A stretch of 32,000 nucleotides of DNA from Massilicoli timonensis (GTDB lineage Bacteria > Bacillota_I > Bacilli_A > Erysipelotrichales > Erysipelotrichaceae): assembly GCF_900199515.1 (NCBI RefSeq), contig NZ_LT963434.1, forward strand, positions 723,272 to 755,271, read 5' to 3'. The position numbers and the translations under genes are program-made. Position 1 is the first letter of the stretch; each line of letters starts with the position of its first letter. The notes beneath the pieces were generated by a model that saw nothing but the letters and a program-made list of their open reading frames with translations, had not been told where the DNA came from and did no database searches. Shown here in pieces: positions 19,787 to 27,312 of the stretch.

Positions 19787-21268
19787 TCAATTTTCTGGTG
19801 CAGGCTTTTGCACCGTTACATATTTTTGATGTTGGCTTCTGGGCTTATCTGGGATGGTCATTTGCAGCTGTCCATTGTCCAGCAGTGGACGCAAGTACCT
19901 CTTTGTAAATCCCTTTGTGTTTTTATACCCACAATGTTCCGCAATTTCAGCTTTCGAGCGCGGTTCTGCACAAAAGGCTAAAATCTGGTCTGTAAGTGTC
20001 ACTTGGGTTCCCACTTGGGCCCTCACTTGGGTCCTCACTTGGGTCCTCACTTGGGTCCTCACTTGGGTCTCGTCCTGCGGCCCAACCTTTTCCACCGCAA
20101 TCGGGGCCAGCGGAACCACGGTGCGGAACACATCGCCCTCGATAAATTCCGGGGTTCCACCGGAATAGAGCTTCGTGTATTTGTAAGTATTCCGCATCCC
20201 GGACCCCAGCTCGTCCGCCAGTCCAATCTCACGGAACACTTTGGAAATTGGCGGGTTCTTGGCATACGGCTCAAAGGAGGAAAGGTGCAGAGCGCCGTGC
20301 CCGTGGGAACGGTTGGCATTTTCGGTGTAGAGCCGGTTACGCTCAATTACGAATTTTGCCACATAGCCGCTGGAGTAATCCCGGTGCGCCAGGCTGTTGG
20401 AGAAAATTTCACGCAGGATGCGGTCTCTGGCGCTGACGCTCTGGAGGCCCTCCTGCACAAAGGGGTCGCTGAGGTGCTTTTGACCGAACGCAATCAGCCG
20501 GTCATAGGTCTCCAGCAGATTTGTGATGATGACATCCCGGTCGTCATAGCGATCCAGGTTTTCCACCCGGAAAATGGCGTCCGTTTTGTGCTGCGGCAAT
20601 ACGGACAGAATCGTGCTGTCCTTCCCGAACAGAAGAATCGCCGCAAGGGTAATGCCTTCGAGCTGCCTTTCGGGGTCTTTTAAGATGAGACCGGCGCTGC
20701 GCAGCAGTTCTTCGTCTGACATGGACTTCCACGGATGGTTGGCCGTGCGGCTGGTGGTCATGGCTCTGGCGCGCTCCATCAGGTCAGGGCGCAGGTCGTC
20801 CATCTGGAAGCGGGTCACTTTGTTTACAAAATAGCTGCCGCTTTTCCGGGCGTACAGCTGGTACACCATGTCGGAGTTGTCGGTTATATCAATATCTGCT
20901 TCGTGACTGCGGTCAAAAATGCGCCCGTGATGGCGGCAGACCTGGCTGCCGGACGGCACCTGAATGACCAGCAGCGTGCGGCCGTCTACGGTGCAGGCTT
21001 CCGGCTGCAAGTACAGAGGCGGATTGATTTTCTGCCCGTTGTTGATGGAAGTCACGAAGTCTTTTTTCATACGGTCAACCGCATCCGGGGCAACACCCAA
21101 AATCTCCCCGTTGTCTTTGACGCCCAGGAGAATGATTCCACCGTCTCGGTTGGAAAAAGAACAGACGGTATCGTAAACATCCTTTGTAATCTCGGTGGTG
21201 GATTTCTTAAACTCCACCCGGATGTTCTCGCCGTCCTCGATCAGCTTCAGAAGTTCGGCTTCTGTCAT
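19787..21268 (-). CDS. AlbA_2 (Schlafen-type) domain + HATPase_c_4-like domain + C-terminal winged-helix protein (COG2865-type)
   Basis: N-terminus ELLKLIEDGENIRVEFKKS...SFSNRDGGIILLGVKDNGEILGV. Central FSNSLAHRDYSSG...ADELGSGMRNTYKY. Then a (TQVR)n linker and a C-terminal wHTH ...KAEIAEHCGYKNTKGFTKRYLRPLLDNGQLQMTIPDKPRSQHQKY. Confidence 0.8.
   Translation of the reverse strand: MTEAELLKLIEDGENIRVEFKKSTTEITKDVYDTVCSFSNRDGGIILLGVKDNGEILGVAPDAVDRMKKDFVTSINNGQKINPPLYLQPEACTVDGRTLLVIQVPSGSQVCRHHGRIFDRSHEADIDITDNSDMVYQLYARKSGSYFVNKVTRFQMDDLRPDLMERARAMTTSRTANHPWKSMSDEELLRSAGLILKDPERQLEGITLAAILLFGKDSTILSVLPQHKTDAIFRVENLDRYDDRDVIITNLLETYDRLIAFGQKHLSDPFVQEGLQSVSARDRILREIFSNSLAHRDYSSGYVAKFVIERNRLYTENANRSHGHGALHLSSFEPYAKNPPISKVFREIGLADELGSGMRNTYKYTKLYSGGTPEFIEGDVFRTVVPLAPIAVEKVGPQDETQVRTQVRTQVRTQVRAQVGTQVTLTDQILAFCAEPRSKAEIAEHCGYKNTKGFTKRYLRPLLDNGQLQMTIPDKPRSQHQKYVTVQKPAPEN
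20000..20071 (-). repeat. Six tandem copies of a 12-bp unit (cacttgggtcct), in frame within the AlbA_2 gene
   Basis: Read directly: units start at 20000, 20012, 20024, 20036, 20048 and 20060. Three central copies are identical. They encode TQVRTQVRTQVRTQVRAQVGTQV. Confidence 0.95.
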
Positions 21269-21310
21269 AGGAGCAACAGCCCCCCTTTCGATGTGGATTT
21301 ATACGTTTTT

Positions 21311-21339
21311 ATTATACGGGATTTTTCACGCATTATCAA
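21311..21339 (-). promoter_or_regulatory. Sigma-70-type promoter for the AlbA_2 gene
   Basis: On the minus strand: TTGATA (21339-21334), a 17-nt spacer, then TATAAT (21316-21311), about 45 nt upstream of ATG 21268. Confidence 0.55.
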
Positions 21340-21394
21340 ACCCATTCTGCGTGGGTATATAATTCTGAAATGGTTCTCTGTGATTCTGGAAAAT

Positions 21395-21411
21395 GCCAGA
21401 CAGTGTCTGGC
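21395..21411. promoter_or_regulatory. Palindrome GCCAGACAgTGTCTGGC upstream of the relaxase gene (operator, oriT arm or leader hairpin)
   Basis: Perfect 8+1+8 palindrome. It shares the core CAGACAGYGTCTG with 21459-21475. Confidence 0.5.
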
Positions 21412-21458
21412 GAATTAAGCTGCGATTCGGCATCGCCTTTGATCAGTCAAATCAATTC

Positions 21459-21475
21459 AACAGACAGCGTCTGTT
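21459..21475. promoter_or_regulatory. Second palindrome AACAGACagcGTCTGTT, abutting the relaxase RBS
   Basis: 7+3+7 palindrome, immediately followed by AAAAAGGAGGG and ATG 21496. Confidence 0.5.
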
Positions 21476-21495
21476 AAAAAGGAGGGAAAATCATT

Positions 21496-22905
21496 ATGGC
21501 CACCACCCGCATCATGCCGCTTCACGCTGGCAAGGGCCGCACGGTCGGCAGGGCAATCAGCGACATCATCGACTATGTAAAAAATCCCGATAAGACCGAT
21601 CACGGCAGGCTCATCACCAGCTACCAATGCGACAGCCGCGTGGCCGACGCCCAGTTCCTTCTTGATAAGCAGACCTACGCCGCCCGCACTGGCCGGGTGC
21701 GCGGTGCGGACGATGTGATCGCTTACCACCTGCGGCAATCCTTCGTTCCGGGCGAGATTTCGCCGGAAGAAGCCAACCGGCTGGGCGTGGAGCTGGCCCG
21801 GCGCTTCACCAAGGGTAGGCACGCTTTCATCGTCTGCACCCACATCGACAAGGCTCACGTCCACAACCATATTATATGGAACTCCACCACGCTGGAGTGT
21901 GACCGCAAGTTCCGCAACTTTTGGGGCAGCACCCGCGCCGTCCACCGCCTGAGCGACACCATCTGCATCGAGAACGGCTACTCCATTGTGGAGGCTCCCA
22001 AGCGGCGCGGCCAGAGCTACAACAAATGGCTGGGCGATGCGGCCAAGCCCTCCCACAAGGAGCTGTTGCGCCAGGCCATCGACCGGGCGCTGGCACAGAA
22101 ACCGGCCAGCCTGGAGGAGCTGCTGCGCCTGCTGGAGCAGGACGGCTTTACCGTTCACCGGCGGGGCAAGACCATCTCCATCAGCGCGGAGGGCTGGGGC
22201 AACAACGTCCGCTTTGACCGGATGGGAGATGGCTACACGCTGGACGATTTGCTGGCGGTCCTCTCCGGCCAAAAAGAACATACGCCCCGCAAGCAAGCCG
22301 TCCCGCAGGCCGCTCCGTCCAAGGTCAATCTGCTGGTGGACATCCAGGCAAAATTGCAGGCAGGGAAAGGCGCCGGATATGCCCGCTGGGCAAAGGTGTT
22401 CAACCTCAAGCAGATGGCGCAGACCCTCAACTACCTGTCCGAACATGGGCTGTTGGATTATGTCAATCTGGAAGCAAAAACAGCAGAGGCGACGGTCCGC
22501 TACAATGCTTTGTCCGATCAGATCAAGGCCGCCGAGAAGCGCATGGCCGAGATTGCCGTGCTGCGCACCCACATCGTCAACTACGCCAAGACCCGTAACA
22601 CCTATGTGGCCTATCGCAAGGCCGGGTATTCACGGAAATTCCGGCAGGAACATGAGGAGGAAATCTTGCTGCACCAGGCCGCCAAGGAAGCCTTCAACGA
22701 GCTGAACGTGAAGAAGCTGCCCACCATCAAGGAGCTTCAGACCGAGTATGCCCAGCTGCTGGCGGACAAGAAAAAGGCTTACGGAGAGTACCGGCAGGCC
22801 CGCGCCACCATGCGGGAGCTGCTGACCGTCAAGAACAATGTGGATCGACTTATGAGCATGGAGGAAGAAAGACAGGAAGATAAAGACCATGGGCATGGCC
22901 GATAA
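21496..22905 (+). CDS. MobA/VirD2-family relaxase
   Basis: AGGAGGG lies 9 nt upstream. N-terminus MATTRIMPLHAGKGRTVGRAISDIIDYVKNPDKTD, catalytic Tyr context AYHLRQSF, and histidine triad HIDKAHVHNHIIWNS. Confidence 0.9.
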   Translation: MATTRIMPLHAGKGRTVGRAISDIIDYVKNPDKTDHGRLITSYQCDSRVADAQFLLDKQTYAARTGRVRGADDVIAYHLRQSFVPGEISPEEANRLGVELARRFTKGRHAFIVCTHIDKAHVHNHIIWNSTTLECDRKFRNFWGSTRAVHRLSDTICIENGYSIVEAPKRRGQSYNKWLGDAAKPSHKELLRQAIDRALAQKPASLEELLRLLEQDGFTVHRRGKTISISAEGWGNNVRFDRMGDGYTLDDLLAVLSGQKEHTPRKQAVPQAAPSKVNLLVDIQAKLQAGKGAGYARWAKVFNLKQMAQTLNYLSEHGLLDYVNLEAKTAEATVRYNALSDQIKAAEKRMAEIAVLRTHIVNYAKTRNTYVAYRKAGYSRKFRQEHEEEILLHQAAKEAFNELNVKKLPTIKELQTEYAQLLADKKKAYGEYRQARATMRELLTVKNNVDRLMSMEEERQEDKDHGHGR

Positions 22906-23097
22906 GACCTTATAAGCGGAAAAATTTGAAGCGAGGTCGTTTCATTTCATGTACCCCTTGTTGTTATCGGCTTACTTTCTCTTAAACTGTTGCAACCTCT
23001 ATTCCTTCCAAATTATTCTGCCCTCATTACGTTGGGCATAGAAAGTAGGCGTGGTTTACGGTATAATTAATGGTAACAACTGCGGGAGGGCAGATTT

Positions 23098-23616
23098 ATG
23101 CTAATATACTTGCAAATGATTGACACTCCAGAGGAACGGTCAAAATTTGAACAGATCTATCTGGAGTATAAAGGGCTCATGTTCCATGTGGCCTATGATA
23201 TTTTACATAATGAGCAGGATGCCGAGGATGCTGTACATCAGGCTTTTGTAAAGGTGGCGGAAAACATTAAAAAAATCGGTGAGCCGGTGTGTCCAAAAAC
23301 GCATAGCTACGTCGTTACTATTGTTGAGAATAAAGCAATAGATCAGTACCGAAAGCGGCAAAAACACCAGACTGTCGAACTAATTGATGATATTCAAGGG
23401 ACAGAGGCACATTATGAAGGGAATAACGATTTAACAAAATGCATCTTAAAATTACCTGCCCGTTATCGAGAAATGATATTGCTTCGCTATCATCATGGAT
23501 ACAGTGTTAGAGAGATTGCCAACATAATGGACATCTCCCTTGCAGCTGCAATCAAATTGGATCAGCGGGCTAAAAACAAATTGAAAAAATTGTGTGAGGA
23601 GGCGGGAATCCTGTGA
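23098..23616 (+). CDS. Sigma-70 family (ECF-type) RNA polymerase sigma factor
   Basis: GGGAGGG lies 7 nt upstream. Region 2 is DAEDAVHQAFVKVAENI. Region 4 is LPARYREMILLRYHHGYSVREIANIMDISLAAAIKLDQRAKNKL. Confidence 0.85.
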   Translation: MLIYLQMIDTPEERSKFEQIYLEYKGLMFHVAYDILHNEQDAEDAVHQAFVKVAENIKKIGEPVCPKTHSYVVTIVENKAIDQYRKRQKHQTVELIDDIQGTEAHYEGNNDLTKCILKLPARYREMILLRYHHGYSVREIANIMDISLAAAIKLDQRAKNKLKKLCEEAGIL

Positions 23617-24293
23617 TAAGCGAAGAAATGCTGAAAAAAGCGGCAGCTGAAGCGGATCAGGCAATTAGGAATTCGCTCCCCGCTCCAGCAGACTGTAAAC
23701 ATGAATTTTCCCCATCGTTTCAAAGAAAAATGCGCCGAATCTTCCGCAAAGCAAACCATCCTGTGTTCTATCAACTGCCCAAATATGCAGCCTGCTTTGT
23801 TCTTGTGGTAGCTCTCGCTGGCGGTACATGGTTGACCGTTGATGTTGAAGCCAGAGCTGCTTTTTTCGCATGGGTGCGGGAAAAGTACGAGGCATTTGTT
23901 GAGTACAGATTTATTGGTGAAGCGCCGCAAGAAAGTGAAATTGTAGATTATGAGTTGGCATGGTTACCCGAAGGTTTTTCGTTCCAAAAGGAACAGAGTC
24001 TTGGTAACAGCTCATATCTCACTTATGCTAATGATTCTGGACAGCGTATTCTTTTCTCCTATTTACAAGGAGATGATGCCACAAGTTTGTTTATGATGGC
24101 GGACTACACCGAGGTACAATCAGTTCAAATAGGAAACGTAAAAGCGGACTTCTACCAAGCCAGCCAGGAAACATCTCCTAACGGGCTAGTTTGGGTATCA
24201 GAAGAGGAAAATATGTGCTTTTGCATTACAGCTTCTTTGCCAAAAGACACAATACTGAAACTGGCCGAAGGTGTACAAAAGAATAATCAATAA
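23613..24293 (+). CDS. Putative membrane anti-sigma factor with an extracytoplasmic DUF4367-like domain
   Basis: GTG start overlapping the sigma gene's stop (GTGA). One TM helix (YAACFVLVVALAGGTWL). C-terminal ELAWLPEGFSFQKEQSLGNSSYLTYANDSGQRILFSYLQ. Confidence 0.6.
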   Translation: MISEEMLKKAAAEADQAIRNSLPAPADCKHEFSPSFQRKMRRIFRKANHPVFYQLPKYAACFVLVVALAGGTWLTVDVEARAAFFAWVREKYEAFVEYRFIGEAPQESEIVDYELAWLPEGFSFQKEQSLGNSSYLTYANDSGQRILFSYLQGDDATSLFMMADYTEVQSVQIGNVKADFYQASQETSPNGLVWVSEEENMCFCITASLPKDTILKLAEGVQKNNQ

Positions 24294-24332
24294 GTTCTAA
24301 AAAAATTCAGATTAACTGTCCAAAATGACCCC

Positions 24333-24365
24333 CTTCATTCGTTTACGGGATATAAACGAATGAAG
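24333..24365. other. Perfect 13-bp inverted repeat (hairpin)
   Basis: CTTCATTCGTTTA (24333-24345) / cgggata / TAAACGAATGAAG (24353-24365). The 3' arm contains ATG 24360. Confidence 0.5.
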
Positions 24366-24536
24366 AATTATATCAAAGAGGCTGCATTTGTATTCGGCTA
24401 TGGTCACACAACTATTGTAGTTTCTCCTTCCCTTTCTCTGCCCGCATCTTTTGGAATTGGTTTCTCCTGGGGTACAGAAAAAATGGTTGAAGAAGCTATC
24501 CGAATGAGCAATACTGGCGTTATCACTGAATACTAA
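24360..24536 (+). CDS. Possible 58-aa ORF, unsupported by an RBS
   Basis: MKNYIKEAAFVFGYGHTTIVVSPSLSLPASFGIGFSWGTEKMVEEAIRMSNTGVITEY. It is followed by a strong terminator. There is no Shine-Dalgarno, and the start codon lies inside a hairpin arm. Confidence 0.25.
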   Translation: MKNYIKEAAFVFGYGHTTIVVSPSLSLPASFGIGFSWGTEKMVEEAIRMSNTGVITEY

Positions 24537-24548
24537 GGTTTGTTTCAC

Positions 24549-24602
24549 AAAAAGCAGTGGGTGAGCTGTAACTGGACAGCGCACCCACTGCTTTTATTTT
24601 TT
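24549..24602. terminator. Bidirectional intrinsic terminator
   Basis: AAAAGCAGTGGGTG (24550-24563) / 18-nt loop / CACCCACTGCTTTT (24582-24595), with an A-run upstream and TTTTATTTTTT downstream. Confidence 0.7.
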
Positions 24603-24764
24603 ATTATGACGAATGTTCCACAAAATAACAGCACCCACAAGAGCTATTTCGACCATAATCCCCAAACCAGCCATATTAACTTTGACAGCCACACCTTCCG
24701 TCAAAACACCGACAAGAACTGATATAACAAAGAATAATATTTCCACAAGCAAGACTCCCTTCAT
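24594..24764 (-). CDS. Possible 56-aa hydrophobic peptide
   Basis: MKGVLLVEILFFVISVLVGVLTEGVAVKVNMAGLGIMVEIALVGAVILWNIRHNKK has two TM-like segments and a basic tail. Its stop codon lies inside the terminator T-tract. No clear RBS. Confidence 0.35.
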   Translation of the reverse strand: MKGVLLVEILFFVISVLVGVLTEGVAVKVNMAGLGIMVEIALVGAVILWNIRHNKK

Positions 24765-25484
24765 TTTTTAATTGTTTTAATGTGAGCAAAAATACTCCTT
24801 GATACCCCAAAAGACAACTAAATGCAAGTTCCCCTTTTATCAAACTTGATTCCATTATTATCCGACTAATTAAAGAACTTCAAAACACTCACCTCGATTC
24901 AGTATAGTATGTTCTAAAATCGTTGGTCCTGTCCATACGCAATAACGAATGACACTTCCTGATTTGGACACCATCATAAAGCATTTTTTCGAAAAGTATG
25001 AACCAGCCAATGCAACTCTACCCATTCCCAACAAGAGCTTCAGCTGTTGCTGCACAACTTCAAAATTTCGAGTTGCCCATTCCAATCATATTTCACTTGG
25101 CTGTTTGATTAAAATGTGCCATCATCACAGCCGCTTACTATTTCTTTGCCCGTAAGTGTCTGTTTCCCTGTCGGATCAAGGGGGAAAAGAATAGACTGAA
25201 CCCAGCCAAAAAAGTAGGCAGCAAATTAGCCTCACGATTCTTTTTTGCTGTCAATGGAACAGATCCCTCAAAAGTCATATTCGGGGCTATTCTTAGCCTG
25301 ATAAAAGCGTCTAACGGACGCGCAGCCGCAGAATGAAATTCTGCGTTCATGGGGGCTTGGGGGATACCCTCAACAAGCAGCGCCGGAAGCCGAATGGCTA
25401 TCCAGGAGCATTGCTTGCCGATTTTATCTTTGCTGACATAGGAATGGGCTAATTTCTTGAAATTCTTTTGAGAATATAGACTAC

Positions 25485-25547
25485 ATGACAATCAAAGAAG
25501 CCAGCGAGAAATGGAGCGTTTCGTCCCATCAAGTCAACTATTACTAA
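25485..25547 (+). pseudogene. Remnant of an HTH DNA-binding gene (first 20 codons only)
   Basis: MTIKEASEKWSVSSHQVNYY followed by a stop. It resembles the N-terminus of short MerR/excisionase-type HTH proteins, and the reading frame ends where ABC-exporter homology begins. Confidence 0.4.
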
Positions 25548-26151
25548 TCAGACCGCAGATTCTTTTAAGCGGTTGAGCAAATCCATTACGGACTATACCT
25601 CTTTCGTGCTGGAGTACGCATTGGGCTGGCAAAACTGTATGCCTGCATTTACCACAATCATCAACAATATTTATCTGTTTTTAATTCCGGTGGGTGTTCT
25701 GATCGGGATGCACACTACGGATTTCAGAGAGTATTCGTTGACATTTATTTTCTACCTGATTATTGTCCATGCGATTTCTGGCATCCTAAATAAAATCATG
25801 TTTATTTCGGAGTCCTTTACGCAGATTGACGGCAGTGTAGAGCGCATGGATGAAATCTTGCGTATCCCGGTCCTGCCAGAAAAGAATACTTCGGCTGTTA
25901 TACAAAACTATGACATTGCTTTTCAGGATGTCAGCTTTTCCTATGAAACTGATTCCCAAGTCAAGGCCCTGGCTCATGTCTCTTTCCTTGCGCCTCAGGG
26001 CAAGGTAACAGCCGTTGTCGGCCCTTCTGGTGGCGGTAAGAGTACCATAGCCAACCTGATCTCCCGATTTTATGATGTGACGGACGGAAGTATTAAAATC
26101 GGCGGTGTTGACATTCGGGATATTCCGTTGGATGCGTTGATGGATAAGGTT
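25540..26151 (+). pseudogene. Internal fragment of an ABC exporter (end of the TMD plus the first third of the NBD)
   Basis: There is no proper start. Last TM segments read ...NIYLFLIPVGVLIGM...FIFYLIIVHAISGIL. The NBD start is IAFQDVSFSYETDSQVKALAHVSFLAPQGKVTAVVGPSGGGKSTIANLISRFYDVTDGSIKIGGVDIRDIPLDALMDKV. Homology stops before the Q-loop, signature and Walker B. Confidence 0.8.
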
Positions 26152-26245
26152 AATAGAACACCCCGGCGGCAAAGAACACAGCTCCATCTTCAAGGGGAGT
26201 GTCAATGGCATCGAACCATATTAAGGAACAATCTTTAATACAAAA

Positions 26246-26275
26246 ACAGCCTTCCAAATCGGAGGGCTGTTTTTG
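26246..26275 (+). terminator. Intrinsic terminator
   Basis: ACAGCCTTCC / aaatc / GGAGGGCTGT followed by TTTT. Confidence 0.6.
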
Positions 26276-26282
26276 TATCTAT

Positions 26283-26321
26283 GCCCGGAAAGCCTGATAT
26301 TATGGGCTTTCCGGGCTTTTT
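26283..26321 (+). terminator. Second, tandem intrinsic terminator
   Basis: GCCCGGAAAGCC / tgatattatg / GGCTTTCCGGGC followed by TTTTT. Confidence 0.7.
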
Positions 26322-26532
26322 CTGTTTTCCGGGGACTTGGCGGAATAGGCCGCCATCAGCCCACTTCCTATCGCGGCGATCACAAAGTCCCATAGCGGCT
26401 CATTTTTGCACACCCTTGCCCGGCCCGTATATGCCAGAACCGAGGAAACGCTAAAAAGTATCCACTCCCGGACAGCGTCACCTCTTTCAATGAGAACAAT
26501 TTAGCGGGAACCTTGCGGCTCCCGCTTTTGTT

Positions 26533-27144
26533 TTATTCCCGCTCGAAAGCCTCGCCGCAATCCCCGCAGATTACATTGACCTCCCGCGTTGCCCGGATAA
26601 TGGTGCTGCAGCAGGGGCAGACATATTTGATGCTGCGGTTAATGGATTTCTTACTTCCGCCCTTGGTGGTGCCTTCCACCGGCAAGCGGCTGGCGTTGAT
26701 CTTGTCCTCGCCCAAAGTTTCTCTGATCCATGCCTCCGCCTCCGGGGCCAGCGTTGTTACCGTCCAGCCATACTTGGCGTGCTTCTCGATACGCAGGCCG
26801 TGAGCCTCGGCAGTGGCCTTAAATTTCTGGTTGTGGTAGTAGCCGTTGTTGCTTACGTCTTGGATGCCATGAACCAGATTGTAGAGATGCGCCATCTCAT
26901 GCAGAAGCGTGGCTGCCAGCTCGAAGATGGGCCGGTCAAGGTACTCGGCGCAGAGATTGATTTCCCGATACTTCTCACCGCTGGCGTTCCATATCTCGTT
27001 GATACTGCACCAGCCATACGCCCCGCGCCCTCCGTCTGGTGATACAGTGATGGCCGGGCGGTTCAGCTCTCCTTCGTAAAAATGCTTATTGAACAGGTCG
27101 AACATTTCCTCAGTTTTTCTTACAATTTCAGATATTTGCAGCAT
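26533..27144 (-). CDS. SprT-like zinc metalloprotease domain protein with a C-terminal zinc ribbon
   Basis: AAGGAGG lies 7 nt upstream of ATG 27144; the track's GTG at 27201 has no RBS. Contains the HEMAH motif (LLHEMAHLYN) and CPCCSTIIRATREVNVICGDCGEAF. Confidence 0.85.
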   Translation of the reverse strand: MLQISEIVRKTEEMFDLFNKHFYEGELNRPAITVSPDGGRGAYGWCSINEIWNASGEKYREINLCAEYLDRPIFELAATLLHEMAHLYNLVHGIQDVSNNGYYHNQKFKATAEAHGLRIEKHAKYGWTVTTLAPEAEAWIRETLGEDKINASRLPVEGTTKGGSKKSINRSIKYVCPCCSTIIRATREVNVICGDCGEAFERE

Positions 27145-27177
27145 GATGGCGTCCTCCTTAAAGATATGTTTTATTTC

Positions 27178-27216
27178 TGTGAGTGACAGCTTACACACCA
27201 CCTGTCAAAAAGCAAG
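27178..27216 (-). promoter_or_regulatory. Copy A of a conserved ~39-nt upstream motif (promoter or 5'-leader element)
   Basis: tgtgagtgacagcttacacaccacctgtcaaaaagcaag is 33/39 identical to 28806-28844. It ends 33 nt upstream of the SprT-like start codon. The minus-strand reading contains TTGACA. Confidence 0.4.
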
Positions 27217-27257
27217 CTCTAAAGGTCTTAAAACATATCTTTTTTCACTGAGGACAG

Positions 27258-27280
27258 GAAAGGCCCCGCCGAAGCGGGGC
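27258..27280 (-). terminator. Terminator hairpin, left copy of a 23-nt direct repeat
   Basis: gaaagGCCCCGCcgaaGCGGGGC. On the minus strand the hairpin is followed by TTTCCTGTCC. Confidence 0.65.
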
Positions 27281-27312
27281 TAATCAAAACAGCGAATTAG
27301 GATTTGCACAAA

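Noticed and set aside
20000-20071. Possible CRISPR-like array of short direct repeats
   Set aside because: The units are 12 bp, contiguous with no spacers, and lie in frame inside a CDS. This is a coding tandem repeat.
24312-24584. 90-aa minus-strand ORF
   Set aside because: It runs through a terminator hairpin and a 13-bp inverted repeat, has no RBS, and has an implausible composition.
25138-25491. 117-aa minus-strand ORF, with 24870-25085 (-) and 24949-25155 (+) nearby
   Set aside because: No RBS and no recognisable motif, in a region that otherwise consists of gene fragments. They could be further debris, but I cannot support a call.
26322-26498. Minus-strand frame encoding ..REWILFSVSSVLAYTGRARVCKNEPLWDFVIAAIGSGLMAAYSAKSPENRK.. 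downstream of the SprT-like gene
   Set aside because: It looks membrane-protein-like but has no ATG/GTG/TTG start with an RBS after the in-frame stop, and its stop lies in a hairpin loop. It may be a remnant.
27178-27216. Reading the repeated motif as a CRP-type site (TGTGA..TCACA), a sigma-54 promoter or a standard sigma-70 promoter
   Set aside because: TGTGA/TCACA are separated by 1 nt rather than 6, and only in copy B. No TGGCAC-N5-TTGC is present. The TTGACA in copy A has no -10 partner and is not conserved in copy B.
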